From: Bryobacteraceae bacterium
Lineage (GTDB): Bacteria; Acidobacteriota; Terriglobia; Bryobacterales; Bryobacteraceae
Direction of reading: 5' to 3'
Assembly (NCBI GenBank): GCA_049514735.1
Contig: JBEKUT010000001.1
Span: 1 to 60,258 of the forward strand
DNA: 60,258 nucleotides
Every line of letters begins with the position of its first letter. The first letter of the stretch is position 1. Shown here piece after piece: positions 36,738 to 49,300 of this stretch. Made by a program: the position numbers and the translations under genes. The notes beneath the pieces were generated by a model, which did no database searches, was not told the DNA's origin, and worked only from the letters and a program-made list of their open reading frames with translations.

Positions 36738-37607
36738 TCACATCACGATCTTGTTCAATGGATATTCGACGATGCCCTCGGCGCCGGCCTCCTTGAGACG
36801 CGGAATAATGATGCGGACAGTGCTCTCGTCGAGGATGGTATGGACTGCTACCCAATCGTCTTCGCTGAGGTTTGAAATGGTCGGTTTCCTCAGCGCCGGC
36901 AGGATTTTGAGGACCGCCGGGAGATGGTGCTTTTCGACGTTCAACATCAGGCCGACCTTGCCCAGCGCGTTAATGGCCCCTTCGAGCAACATCTTGATAT
37001 CTTCCAGTTTGCGACGCTTGTCGGCATCGCGCCAGGAATCGACATTCGCGATGAGTTGCGTGTTCGATTCGAGAACAGTTTCGATGATGCGTAGATTATT
37101 CGCGCGCAGAGACGAGCCGGTCTCGGTGACCTCGACAATCGCGTCGGCGAGTACGGGCGGCTTCACTTCGGTGGCGCCCCAACTGAACTCGACCTTCGCC
37201 GTTACGCCGTTCGCTTCGAGATAACGCCGCGTGGCGGAAACTAATTCGGTCGCAATAATCTTTCCTTGCAGATCTTTGACGGAACGAAATGGAGACGCTT
37301 CCGGAACGGCGAGTACCCAACGCACTTTGCCGAAGCTCTGCTTGGCATAAATCAAATCGGCGACGGTCTGAACGTGCGCCTCGCCTTCTTGTACCCAGTC
37401 GCGGCCGGTGAGGCCCGCATCGAGAACGCCGTCCTCGACGTAGCGGGCCATTTCCTGCGCGCGGATCAGCATGCATTCGATTTCGGGATCGTCGATGGAT
37501 GGGAAATACGATCGCGAGCTGGTGGTGATGTTGAAGCCCGCGCGGCGAAATAAATCGACGGTCGCGTTCTCGAGGCTGCCCTTAGGAATTCCGAGCTTCA
37601 GCATCAT
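36738..37607 (-). CDS. hisG: ATP phosphoribosyltransferase HisG (long form)
   Basis: It is 289 aa: [12 protein letters not shown] ... [16 protein letters not shown] plus the C-terminal regulatory domain. This is the long HisZ-independent type. Confidence 0.85.
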   Translation of the reverse strand: MMLKLGIPKGSLENATVDLFRRAGFNITTSSRSYFPSIDDPEIECMLIRAQEMARYVEDGVLDAGLTGRDWVQEGEAHVQTVADLIYAKQSFGKVRWVLAVPEASPFRSVKDLQGKIIATELVSATRRYLEANGVTAKVEFSWGATEVKPPVLADAIVEVTETGSSLRANNLRIIETVLESNTQLIANVDSWRDADKRRKLEDIKMLLEGAINALGKVGLMLNVEKHHLPAVLKILPALRKPTISNLSEDDWVAVHTILDESTVRIIIPRLKEAGAEGIVEYPLNKIVM

Positions 37608-37984
37608 TTGCTGTAAACCTCGGCGGGATCGTAGGCGCGCTCTTCAGATTCCACCCACTCACCTTCGTCCAGCCTGCGGAAAAAACAACTCCGATAGCCT
37701 TCGTGGCACACGCCCGGCCCAAGCGCTTCGACGCGGATGAGCAGCGCGTCCTTGTCGCAATCGGTGGAGATTTCCTTCACAACAAGACGATGCCCCGATG
37801 TTTCGCCCTTCAGCCACAGCTTGTTGCGGGAACGGCTGTAAAACGTCGCAAAGCCGCTCTCCACGGTCTTTTCGAACGCTTCCTCATTCATAAATCCAAC
37901 CATGAGGACGCGTCCCGTTTCGTGATCTTGAATGACGGCCGTTATAAGACCGCCGAGTTTACTGAAGTCCAAATCTGTCTTCAT
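37604..37984 (-). CDS. hisI: Phosphoribosyl-AMP cyclohydrolase HisI (no fused HisE)
   Basis: The sequence is [26 protein letters not shown] ... [18 protein letters not shown] ... [11 protein letters not shown] ... [10 protein letters not shown]. It is only 126 aa. Confidence 0.9.
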   Translation of the reverse strand: MKTDLDFSKLGGLITAVIQDHETGRVLMVGFMNEEAFEKTVESGFATFYSRSRNKLWLKGETSGHRLVVKEISTDCDKDALLIRVEALGPGVCHEGYRSCFFRRLDEGEWVESEERAYDPAEVYSK

Positions 37985-37987
37985 AGC

Positions 37988-38022
37988 AATAAAAAAGCCC
38001 GCCTTGAACTCGGCGGGCTGGC
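37988..38022 (-). terminator. Intrinsic terminator of the his leader (attenuator stem-loop) directly abutting the hisI start codon
   Basis: The minus strand reads AGCCCGCC-GAGTTCAA-GGCGGGCT followed by TTTTTATT, then GCT, then the hisI ATG. The + strand has no T-run after the stem, so the element is minus-strand specific. Confidence 0.8.
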
Positions 38023-38043
38023 TTGTTTCAGTTCAAAATCGGT

Positions 38044-38100
38044 TTAGACGCCCGCCCGCCATCGCGCATGGTGATGATGATGGGCGTGCGTGAAAAACAT
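38044..38100 (-). CDS. his operon leader peptide (18 aa, MFFTHAHHHHHARWRAGV)
   Basis: The codons are ATG TTT TTC ACG CAC GCC CAT CAT CAT CAC CAT GCG CGA TGG CGG GCG GGC GTC TAA. Six of 18 codons are His and five are consecutive. The ORF lies 21 nt upstream of the GCC-extended terminator stem (24 nt upstream of the 8-bp stem). Confidence 0.75.
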   Translation of the reverse strand: MFFTHAHHHHHARWRAGV

Positions 38101-38144
38101 GAAGTTTCATCTTAGCACGCGGGCCTGATAAAGTAGATACCTGC

Positions 38145-39740
38145 GTGCCAGCGATCCGATCCATGATCGACCGGGAATCTAACTTATACCAGTCCAACTA
38201 CGCCGCTATGCAAGCCGCGCTGGAGCGGTTGCGCGCGGAACTGAAGCGCTCAACCGAAGGCGGCGGCGAGAAATACGTCAAGCGCCATATCGAACGGGGA
38301 CGCCTGCTGCCGCGCGACCGCGTCGAGATGCTGCTCGACGAAGGTTCCTACTTTCTCGAAATCGCGCCGCTAGCAGGTATCGGGATCGAGGGCGAGTTTC
38401 CTGGCGCAGGCGTGATTGGCGGCATTGGACTCGTGTGCGGCCGCGAGTGCTTGATCATCGCCAATGAAGCAACAGCGAAGGGCGGCGCGACCGGAGAAGC
38501 GGGTCTTTGGAAGAACGCGCGGCTTGCCGATATCGCGCGGCAAAATCACTTGCCGACGATTATGCTTGTGGAATCCGCGGGCGCGGATCTGCCGCAGCAG
38601 AGCAAGATCTTCGTCGCGGGCGGACGCGGTTTCCGCGAGATCACGCGCCGATCGAAGCTTCGCATTCCGACCATTTCGGTTGTCTTTGGTAGCTCCACGG
38701 CCGGCGGCGCTTACCTGCCCGGCATGTCCGATTACGTGATCATGGTGAAGAAGCAGGCGCAGGTTTTTCTCGCCGGACCTCCGCTGGTGAAGATGGCTAC
38801 CGGCGAAGTGTCGGATGAAGAATCGCTGGGCGGCGCCGAGATGCACTCGCGTGTTTCGGGATTGTCGGATTTTCTCGCGGAAGATGAACTCGATGCGATT
38901 CGCATTGCTCGTGAGGTGATCGGTCATCTGAATCGTCCGAAACCGGGAGTTCCGGCAGCTACGCCGCGCCCTCCTGCATATGATGTTGACGAGCTTCTCG
39001 GCATCGCGTCGGCCGATGTACGCTTGCCGTTCGAGATTCGCGACGTGATTGCGCGGATTGTCGATGCAAGCGAGTTTGTGGAGTTCAAATCTGAATATGG
39101 ACCGACGCTGGTGACTGGATTCGCGCATGTTCACGGCTTTCCGGTCGGCATTCTCGGCAACAACGGCGTGTTGATGACGGAGTCGTCCGAGAAGGGCGCG
39201 CAGTTTATCGCGCTCTGCAATCAGCAGAATATCCCACTTCTGTTTCTCCAGAACATCACTGGATTTATGGTGGGGCGCGCGTATGAAGAGGACGGCATCA
39301 TTCGGGCGGGCGCGAAGCTGATCAATGCGGTTTCAAACTCGACGGTTCCTGCGATCACGATTATGGTTGGCGGATCTTACGGCGCCGGAAATTACGCGAT
39401 GTGCGGACGCGCCTACGAGCCTCGTTTTCTATTTACATGGCCGAACCATCGCATCGCGGTGATGGGTGCGCAACAGCTATCGGGCGTGATGGATATTATC
39501 CGCCGCGAGGCTGCCGGGAAAGCGGGACACGCTGTCGATGAAACGAAGTTGACGTTTGCGAAGAAGGCGCTGGAGGATCAGATCACACGCGAATCGGATT
39601 GTTATTTCGCGACAGCGCGTTTGTGGGACGACGGTATTATCGATCCTCGGGACACGCGCACAGTGGTCGCGATCGCGTTATCGGCGGCGTACAACGCGCC
39701 GGTGGAAGGAACCATGGAGTGGGGCGTGTTCCGGCACTAA
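38145..39740 (+). CDS. Acyl-CoA carboxylase carboxyltransferase (beta) subunit, methylcrotonyl-/geranyl-CoA carboxylase type
   Basis: At about 530 aa it has a carboxyl_trans domain pair ([11 protein letters not shown] ... [19 protein letters not shown] ... [11 protein letters not shown] ... [16 protein letters not shown]). The start is GTG 38145 or ATG 38163. Confidence 0.8.
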   Translation: MPAIRSMIDRESNLYQSNYAAMQAALERLRAELKRSTEGGGEKYVKRHIERGRLLPRDRVEMLLDEGSYFLEIAPLAGIGIEGEFPGAGVIGGIGLVCGRECLIIANEATAKGGATGEAGLWKNARLADIARQNHLPTIMLVESAGADLPQQSKIFVAGGRGFREITRRSKLRIPTISVVFGSSTAGGAYLPGMSDYVIMVKKQAQVFLAGPPLVKMATGEVSDEESLGGAEMHSRVSGLSDFLAEDELDAIRIAREVIGHLNRPKPGVPAATPRPPAYDVDELLGIASADVRLPFEIRDVIARIVDASEFVEFKSEYGPTLVTGFAHVHGFPVGILGNNGVLMTESSEKGAQFIALCNQQNIPLLFLQNITGFMVGRAYEEDGIIRAGAKLINAVSNSTVPAITIMVGGSYGAGNYAMCGRAYEPRFLFTWPNHRIAVMGAQQLSGVMDIIRREAAGKAGHAVDETKLTFAKKALEDQITRESDCYFATARLWDDGIIDPRDTRTVVAIALSAAYNAPVEGTMEWGVFRH

Positions 39741-41514
39741 TATGGCTCTACTCCGCAGAATCCTGATTGCAAATCGCGGCGAGATCGCGGTGCGAATTAT
39801 TCGGACGTGCCGCGCGATGGGGATTGAAACGGTCGCCGTCTATTCGGACTTCGACGCCAACGCGCTTCACGTTCGGCATGCGGATTTTGCGGTGCGTATC
39901 GCATCGTATTTGAATATCGAAGCTATGCTCGAAGCCGCGAAACAAACGGCGGCGGACGCTGTCCATCCCGGCTACGGTTTTCTCGCAGAGAACGCCGATT
40001 TCGCGGCCGCATGCGAAGGCGCGGGCGTTATTTTTATCGGTCCGCGTTCGGAAGTGATTCGCGCGTTGGGATCAAAAGTTAACTCGCGCGGGCTGGCGGA
40101 ATCGGCTGGCGTGCCGGTAGTGCCTGCTCCGAAAGAGGGCGAATTTCCGGTCCTTATAAAAGCGTCGGCGGGCGGCGGCGGACGCGGGATGCGCATTGTT
40201 CACAGCGCCGCGGAGTTGAACGACGCGTTACAGGCCGCGCGTTCCGAAGCTGAGCGTGCTTTCGGCGATGGAACGCTGCTGATTGAGAAATACATTGAAG
40301 GCGCACGGCACATCGAGGTCCAGATCTTTGGCGATCATCACGGCAACGTCATGCACTTGTTCGAGCGCGACTGTTCCATTCAGCGCCGTTATCAGAAAGT
40401 CATTGAAGAGAGCCCCGCGCCCAATCTGCCAACGACGTTGAGGGATCGCATCGCAGACGCCGCAGTCGCTTTTGCGAAGAAGCTCGGATATACAAACGCG
40501 GGCACCGTTGAATTTCTCGTCGCGCCCAGCGGCGAGTTCTATTTCATTGAGGTGAACACGCGCATTCAGGTGGAACATCCGGTGACGGAAATGATCACGG
40601 GGCTCGATTTGATTCGTTTGCAAATCGAGATTGCGGAAGGCCGTCCACTTCCTCCACAACCCGAGCCCAAGGGTCACGCTATCGAAGCGCGATTGTATGC
40701 CGAAGTTCCGGAGAAGGGCTTTATGCCGTCGACCGGAGTTCTGCACGTTTGGGAGCCGCCGGATCATGTTCGTGTCGATACCGCGGTCGAGCGAGGAACC
40801 GAAATCGGCGTCCACTACGATCCATTGCTCGCGAAAATAATCGCGCATGCCGAGGATCGCGAAACGGCGGTTCGCAAGTTGGAATACGCGCTGCGAAAAT
40901 TCGTGGCGCAAGGTGTGGAGACGAATCGGGAATATCTGATCGAGTTGCTCGGAGGCAAGCAGGAACCACCGGATGATGCGCTGTTCGCCTCGGTTGTCGC
41001 GGATTATATCGAACGCTCGGGGCAGGCGCGGCGAACGATCCTTCCGTCGATTCCGATCGGCTATCGCAACAATCCCTATCCACGCCCGGCCATGAAGTTC
41101 GAAATCGCGGGACGCGAATATTCAGCCCATGCTCGATGCGGCGGCCAGCGATACGAAATCCATCGGAACGGCGACGAGTATTATGTCCGCTCCGCGCTGG
41201 TGCAGCGCACGGTTCGCCGTCTGCCTCGCTATCCGAACGCCGCCGGTAAAGCGCTGCATGAAACGGCGAATTCGCCGATGCCCGGTTTGGTTCTGCGAGT
41301 TCTGGTCAGCGCGGGGCAGCAGGTTCAGCCCGGCGATCCGCTAGTGGTCCTGGAGGCGATGAAAATGGAGCAAACTATTAAAACCAGCATCCAGGGCGAG
41401 GTGCGCGCCGTATTGGTAAAGTGCGGTGACATCGTTGCGCCGGGACAAATGCTGGTCGAAATTGTGGCAGGGGGAAAAGATGAGCACGCACGCGGTACCG
41501 CAGCTAACGACTGA
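39741..41514 (+). CDS. Acyl-CoA carboxylase biotin carboxylase + BCCP (alpha) subunit
   Basis: I chose the start at [23 protein letters not shown], 1 nt after the upstream stop. It has the ATP-grasp ([15 protein letters not shown]) and a C-terminal biotinyl domain with [11 protein letters not shown]. Confidence 0.85.
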
Positions 41515-42652
41515 GTTTCCGTATTTCGACGAGGATCATGATCTCATCCGGCAAACGGTAAAGCGGTTCTGCCGGGAAGAGATTGCGCCCTACGCAGCCG
41601 ATTGGGACGACGAAGGAATTTTCCCGCGCGAGCTGTTTCGCAAGGCCGCGGACCTGGGACTCTTCGGCATCCGCATCGATCCCAAGTGGGGCGGCAGCGG
41701 TCTCGATTGGTGGGCGACGGCCGCGTATCTCGAAGCCATGAGCGAGTCGGAAAGTGGAAGCGTCAACATGGCGTTTATGGTCCAGTCGGAGCTGACCATC
41801 CCCGTAATTCAGGAACTGGGGACAGCGGAGCAACAGGAGCAATTCATCCCGAAGGCCGTCAGCGGCGAGTGGATCGGATCGCTCGGAATCAGCGAGCCGA
41901 GCGGCGGATCGGATGTGGCGGCCATCAAGACGCGTGGTCGATTCGCTGGGGACGATCTGGTTATCTCTGGCCAGAAATTGTGGATCACGAATGGCACGCG
42001 CGCGGACTTCATCGTGCTTGCGGTGCGGACGGGCGCGGAGGGTCACAAAGGTATTTCGCTGGTGCTCTTCCGAACGGATACGCCGGGGTTTTCCGTCGGC
42101 AAGAAGCTCAAGAAGATCGGCAATCTGGCGTCCGATACTGCCGAGCTGTTTTTCGACGAATGCCGCGTGCCTGCAGGCAATATTCTGGGCGAAGTGAATC
42201 GCGGTTTCTACTACATCATGGAAAATTTCCAGGGCGAGCGTCTGGCGGCTGCAATCGGCGCGCTGGCCGCGATGGACAAAGGAATTCGCGATGCCATCGC
42301 GTATGGCCACGAACGTACCGCGTTCGGTTCGCAAGTTGGAAAATTCCAGGTCTGGCGTCACCGTTTCGCCGAACATCTAACAGCGATCGAGGCTGGTCGC
42401 TGGCTCGTTTATCGCGCGCTCGATTTGTTGAACCGCGGCAAACGTGCCGTCCGCGAGATCACGATGGCGAAATTGTACACTTCGGAGCTGTCGCAGAAAA
42501 TCTCCTATGACTGCATGCAGATCTTCGGAGGGTTCGCATATACAACCGAATATCCGGTGGGACGCATGTGGCGCGATCTGCGTTTGAATACCATCGGCGC
42601 GGGAACGTCTGAAGTGATGAAAGAGATCATCGCCAAAGAAGAAAAACTTTAG
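41480..42652 (+). CDS. Acyl-CoA dehydrogenase (isovaleryl-/citronellyl-CoA dehydrogenase candidate)
   Basis: I chose the start at MSTHAV, preceded by GGGGGAAAAG. ACAD blocks are [16 protein letters not shown] ... [34 protein letters not shown]. Confidence 0.8.
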   Translation: MSTHAVPQLTTEFPYFDEDHDLIRQTVKRFCREEIAPYAADWDDEGIFPRELFRKAADLGLFGIRIDPKWGGSGLDWWATAAYLEAMSESESGSVNMAFMVQSELTIPVIQELGTAEQQEQFIPKAVSGEWIGSLGISEPSGGSDVAAIKTRGRFAGDDLVISGQKLWITNGTRADFIVLAVRTGAEGHKGISLVLFRTDTPGFSVGKKLKKIGNLASDTAELFFDECRVPAGNILGEVNRGFYYIMENFQGERLAAAIGALAAMDKGIRDAIAYGHERTAFGSQVGKFQVWRHRFAEHLTAIEAGRWLVYRALDLLNRGKRAVREITMAKLYTSELSQKISYDCMQIFGGFAYTTEYPVGRMWRDLRLNTIGAGTSEVMKEIIAKEEKL

Positions 42653-42653
42653 T

Positions 42654-44192
42654 ATGTCTGAGATTGGCCTCAACCTGATCCATCGCTTCAACGTAGCCGA
42701 TGCGTTGAAACGCAGCGCCGCGCGCAACCCGAATGCGTCCGCGATCCATTTCATGGGCCGCGATCTCACCTACGCCGAATTCGACGCCCTGACAAACAAA
42801 GTCGCGCGGCTCCTCATACAAAACGGCATCGGGCGCGGCGATGCGGTCGCGATCTTTGCGATGAACTCTCCCGAATATGCCGCGGCGTTCTTTGCCTGCG
42901 CGCGCATTGGAGCGATGCTCGTCCCCATCAATCTGATGTTCACCGCGGAAGATGCGGACTACGTGCTCGAGAAGACCCGCGCGAAGGCGCTGCTGATTGA
43001 GCCGGTGTTCATAAACAAAGTGAATCGCCCTCCGGCGGTGCGATTCGTCATGGACGAGGCGTTCCGAACTGAGCTGAACACCTACAGCGGAAGCGCCGTC
43101 GAGAAGTTCGTCGCGAATGAAGATCCGAACATTATCATCTTCACCAGCGGGACCACGGCGCGGCCAAAAGGCGTGGTGCTGAATCATCTCAATTGGTACG
43201 CCTACCTGCTCGCGAGCTATTCCGATTACGGCCTGGATCGAACGTTGAAATACCTGCTCGCGCTCCCGATGTTTCATGTCGCCGGTCTGGTGATGACCTT
43301 CTCGTGTTTCGCGTCCGGCTGCGAAGGTGTCATCATTCCGCTACCTCGACCGGAACCGATTCTGGATGCCATCGCTCAACAAAAAGTAAACACGATCGCT
43401 CTGCCGGCTACTGTTTGGGTCGGCTTGATCCAGACGCCAGCCATCGATTCCGCGGACTTGTCGAGCTTGCAGCGGCTGTTCGTTTTTCAGTACCTGCCGA
43501 CGCCGGTGTTTCAGCGTTGGAGGCAGCTTGTGCCGCATGCACAATGGGTAAATGCATGGGGGCAGACCGAAACGACGGCGCTCGGGTCGTCGACGCCATC
43601 GGCCGAACTGGGACACATGCTCGCGGCGCCAGATCCGATCGGCATTGAGCATCTGCCGCTGGAACTGCGCATCGTCGATGCACAGATGAATGACGTCCCT
43701 TCGTCAAGTCCAGGCGAGATTGTGCTGCGCGGCCCCTCCATTACGCCCGGCTACTTCGAAGATCCCGAAGCCAACGAGGCGCTCTTTGAAGGCGGCTGGC
43801 ATCACACTGGCGATATCGCCTATCGTGACGCGAGCGGCTGTCTCTACTTTCTCGACCGCAAGAAGGACATGATCAAGAGCGGGGGCGAGAACGTGGCCAG
43901 CCAGGAAGTGGAAGAAGCCATCGCGCAGCATCCCGGAGTCGGCGAGGTCGCGGTGATCGGACTGCCCGATCCGTACTGGATCGAAAAAGTAGTAGCGTGC
44001 GTAGTGCCTTTCGCCGGCGCTCACATCGACGAAGAAGAACTGCTCGCTCATGCGCGCTCACGCCTCGCGAGTTTCAAAGTTCCAAAGCAGATTGTGATCC
44101 TGGAAGACTTCCCGAAGAATCCAAGCGGGAAGATCCTGAAGCGCGTCCTGCGCCAGCGCTTAGGCGACGCGGCAGCGGGAGCCGCGGGGTGA
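42654..44192 (+). CDS. AMP-dependent acyl-CoA synthetase/ligase
   Basis: The AMP-binding motif is IIFTSGTTARPKGVVL. Also present: GQTETT, HTGDIAYRDASGCLYFLDRKKDMIKSGGENV, and the C-terminal PKNPSGKILKR. Confidence 0.85.
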   Translation: MSEIGLNLIHRFNVADALKRSAARNPNASAIHFMGRDLTYAEFDALTNKVARLLIQNGIGRGDAVAIFAMNSPEYAAAFFACARIGAMLVPINLMFTAEDADYVLEKTRAKALLIEPVFINKVNRPPAVRFVMDEAFRTELNTYSGSAVEKFVANEDPNIIIFTSGTTARPKGVVLNHLNWYAYLLASYSDYGLDRTLKYLLALPMFHVAGLVMTFSCFASGCEGVIIPLPRPEPILDAIAQQKVNTIALPATVWVGLIQTPAIDSADLSSLQRLFVFQYLPTPVFQRWRQLVPHAQWVNAWGQTETTALGSSTPSAELGHMLAAPDPIGIEHLPLELRIVDAQMNDVPSSSPGEIVLRGPSITPGYFEDPEANEALFEGGWHHTGDIAYRDASGCLYFLDRKKDMIKSGGENVASQEVEEAIAQHPGVGEVAVIGLPDPYWIEKVVACVVPFAGAHIDEEELLAHARSRLASFKVPKQIVILEDFPKNPSGKILKRVLRQRLGDAAAGAAG

Positions 44193-44947
44193 TTCTCTAC
44201 GACGTCGCGAACGGCATCGCGCGCATCACGCTGAACCGGCCGGACAAGCGCAACGCGCTCAACTCTGAACTGATTGACGCCGTTAAGAACGCGCTTGCTA
44301 AGAGCGCGGGCGCTCCCGAATGCCGCGTAGTTCTGCTCACGGGTGCCGGAAAAGATTTCTGCTCGGGCGCGGATCTTGCAGGGCTTGAAAAGACCGCGCA
44401 GGCCGGCGTGCTCGACAACATGGGCGATGCTCGCAACATGGCGGAATTGTTTATCGCGATGCGCAATCATCCTCATCCCATTGTGGCCGCAGTGCAGGGC
44501 CGGGCGCTCGGGGGAGGCTGCGGGCTCGCGACGGCATGCGACATTATTCTCGCCTCGGAATCCGCGCAATTCGGATATCCGGAAGTGAACATTGGATTCG
44601 TGCCGGCGATGGTGATGGCGATTCTGCGGCGATCTGTTTCCGAAAAGGCGGCGTTTGAATTGGTCGCAACGGGCGAGGTCATCTCCGCGATGCGGGCCCG
44701 CGAACTCGGACTGGTCCACCACGTTTATCCCGCTGACAGCTTCGCGGAGGAAGTGGATGCGTACACCTCGCGCCTAACCGAGAAATCCGCCTCGGCTGTG
44801 ATGCTTTCGAAACGGCTCCTCTACCAAATGGATTCCATGTCGTTCGAGGCCGCGCTTGAAGCCGGCGTTCAAACCAACGCCATCGCGCGAATGACAGAAG
44901 ACTGCCGCCGCGGGGTGGAACGTTTTTTGGGGCGTCAACGGAGTTAG
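44189..44947 (+). CDS. Enoyl-CoA hydratase/isomerase family protein (methylglutaconyl-/isohexenylglutaconyl-CoA hydratase candidate)
   Basis: The GTG start overlaps the ligase stop (GTGA). Crotonase blocks are ITLNRPDKRNAL ... LTGAGKDFCSGADL ... AAVQGRALGGGCGLATACD ... PEVNIGFVP. Confidence 0.8.
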   Translation: MILYDVANGIARITLNRPDKRNALNSELIDAVKNALAKSAGAPECRVVLLTGAGKDFCSGADLAGLEKTAQAGVLDNMGDARNMAELFIAMRNHPHPIVAAVQGRALGGGCGLATACDIILASESAQFGYPEVNIGFVPAMVMAILRRSVSEKAAFELVATGEVISAMRARELGLVHHVYPADSFAEEVDAYTSRLTEKSASAVMLSKRLLYQMDSMSFEAALEAGVQTNAIARMTEDCRRGVERFLGRQRS

Positions 44948-44956
44948 ACTGGACCC

Positions 44957-46261
<1,305 letters not shown>

Positions 46262-46312
46262 ATGGAAAAGGCAGGCCACGCAAAGCGATGACCTGCCCTA
46301 CCGCCCGCCCGG

Positions 46313-49300
46313 TTAGAAAATGAACTTGAGCGCGAGTTGCAATGAGCGCGGGTTGCTCGAGAACGCCTGCGACGGTTGCGCGAAGATTCCCGACTGCGGC
46401 TCCAGGAAATTATGCGACGCCTGGCTGGTCTGCCCGATCGGCGCGACATCGCTCAAGAAGCCCCCAATGTACTGCGGGTGGTTAAACAGATTGATGAAGC
46501 GGGCCGAGAACTGCACCTTCTTGCTCTCCGTGATGTTGAAGCTCTTGGCGACGGTCATATCCACATCGTTGATAGGAGGAAGCTGCGAGGTGTTGCGGCC
46601 GCCGTTGGGCAGCGTGCCTGGGGCGGCTTCGATGTAGCGGGCGCTCGGGTTGGTGGCCAGGTAAGCCACAGTCTGGCCCGAGCTGTTCATCAGAGGCGTC
46701 ACACCGGATCCCGTGTTGGCCGTCCCGCTCGGGTTAACGATCGTACGGTCGCCGGCGGAGTCCGCGTTCAGGTTGGAGTCCACGCCACTCTGGACGTCGT
46801 ACCAGGTACCGCTTTGATAGGTGTAAATGGGAGCGAATTCCCAGTTGCCCACGACGTTCTTCATGAGCCAGTTGCCGTGCTTGAAGAACGGTAGATCGTA
46901 AAGGACCTCGTAGGTGAACCGTTGGCGATGATCGAGGGCGGAATTGGAGCGGTCCAGCGCCAGGTTGGTCGAATCTTCCGGACGGCGGGGCGTGATGTAG
47001 GTGCTGAACACGTCTGCCGTGGAATCGTCGATGGCGTGGCTCCAGGTGTAGGCTGCGTTCATCTGCAGGCCATTGGAGAAGCGGCGGGTCAAAGAGTTCG
47101 ACCAGCCGTGGTAGATGGAATTGCCCCACGGCATGTAGGCGGTGATGAAGCTTTGGAAACCGGCGTTCAGGTAAGCCGGTTTGAGGTAGCCCCCGTTGTC
47201 ATAAGCGGTTTCCAGGCTGGACAGGTTGCTGGTAAGCCCGTTTAGCGTTGCCTGGCTAGGCGCGGTCAGGTACGTCGGCAAGGCGTTAGAGGCATTCACC
47301 ACAGGCTGCTCATCCAAGCGTTCCTGGACCGACAAATGCACGCTGTGGTCACCCACGTAGCGAGTTTCAAAAGTGTAGTTGCTGCCAAATTCGTGCTGGA
47401 TGCCAATATTCCACGAGATTGTCTCCGGCCGGGTCTGGTTCGGGACGTAGCCACTGGTTTCGGCAATTGCCTGCGCCGGGGTCAGCGCCCCGGCGTTTGC
47501 GCTGGCCGGAATACCCCCGTTGGCCAGGAAGCCGCTCCCCGCATTCCCGCCCTCGTCTATCGTATGGTTGGCTTCCGGCGGAAGCGTTAGCAGACCTTGA
47601 TTATCATAGAGCACGTCGTAGTACATGCCGAAGCCGGCGCGAATAGAGGTTTTGCCGCTGGTGCCGGGTGAGTACGCAATGCCGACGCGAGGCATGAAGG
47701 CATTCCCTTGAGGTTGCGGTTGGCCGAAGGTCAGGACGCCAGGGACGTTGGCAATCGCGTTTTCGGTCTGCAGCCGTTCGGTGTAGGGTACCGTCTGGTA
47801 TTCGTAGCGCAGACCTAAGTTCAACGTGAAGTTCGGCTTGATTTTCCAACTATCGTTGGCGTAATAGCCTGTAAGAATCCGGTCGCCATAATACTTCGAG
47901 CCGCCCAGGGTGCGCTCCGCCAGGTAGTCCGGAATGTTGTCGTACAGGTAGTCCGACAGATAGCTCCATTCGTAGTCGCCGCGGGAACGTTGCGTGAAGG
48001 TTTGCGGCGAGATCTGCTTCCAGCCATCGAAGCCGAACTTGAGAGTGTGCGCGCCCTTAGTCCAGGAGATGTTATCGCTCAACTGGTATTGGTTCTGAAT
48101 GCCGCTCTGCGGCGCATTCGGATCGGGACCGAAAGTATTATTCACGCCACCGAGCTCGAAGATATCGATGTTAGGGAATGCATCCAGCCCCGGGAAGCTG
48201 ATGTTGGGGACTGGCGTGGCGCTGGAACTGCGGTTGTACCCTAGCCGGAACTCGTTGACTAGCGCGGAGGTGAAAGTGTGAAACTCCGACAACGTCACAA
48301 GATACTCATTGGTCGGTATGGTCTGGTAGAAAACCGATGGGAAACCGCTTGAATCGATGGTGCCCGTGCGATTTAGAATGAAGCGGCCCCGCAGGGAATC
48401 TTTTTCCGAAATGTTGTAGTCGATGGCGGCCACCCCGAACTCGTTGTTGGTATAGGCAGGCGACGTTACCGGGACCAATCCGATGGGGATGGATACACCA
48501 GTCGGGCTCGGCCCGTTGACGCTCTCGTTTCCAGGCCCTACAACGGGATATGCGCTGTCGCCGCAAGCCGACGGCGAAGATGCCGCCCCGGCCGTGCCCA
48601 GATACTTCTGCAATTGGGACAGATTGGTCTGGTTGATTCCCGATAGTCCACCCAGAGTGCTGTAGCCGGCGGATGTCGGAGCGCAAACCGTCCCGCTCGC
48701 ACCAATGGTGCCGATCGGGTTGTACTCATAATCGACAAAAAAGAACAGCTTGTTCTTCTTGATCGGACCGCCGAAGGTGCCCCCGAAGCGGTTGTCGTCG
48801 AAGCGGGGGTGCAGCGGGATGCCCTCCACGGCATTTATGTTGTCCGCGGCATTCAGGTTCCTGTTCTCTAAATAGTCGAAAGCCGAGCCATGAAATGCAT
48901 TGGTGCCGCTCTTCACAACTTGATTGAACTGGCCGCCCGACGAATGCCCGAAATCCGCGCTGAACTGATTCTGCAGGAACGTGAATTCGGCAACGGCATC
49001 GTTGGGAACGAAAACCAACGGGCCCGTGACGCTGCCGCTGTTGTTGTCGACGCCTTCGATGGTGAAGTTGTTATTGCGCGGGCGTTGTCCCCCGACGCTG
49101 GGACCGGTACCTACGCCGACTGCGCCGCTGGTTGCCACGCCAGGCGCCAGCAGCGACAGGTTAATAACGCCCGAACCGCTGGAAGCGGTGGGAAGTTCCA
49201 TCAACTGTTGGGTCTCGAACGTGTTCTGAAGCTGCGCCGTTGTGGTATCGATCGCTACCGCACCGGAGCTGACTTCCACTACTTCCGCGCTTTTGCCGAC

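Noticed and set aside
38026-38113. Alternative small ORF in the his leader region (ATG 38113, [25 protein letters not shown])
   Set aside because: This frame has no His run and reads through the segment needed for antiterminator pairing. The His-rich frame explains the architecture better. Both would need experimental testing.
46270-46297. Hairpin GGCAGG-N16-CCTGCC between the convergent oxidoreductase and receptor genes, as a bidirectional terminator
   Set aside because: The stem is only 6 bp, the loop is large, and neither side has a U-tract. That is too weak to annotate.
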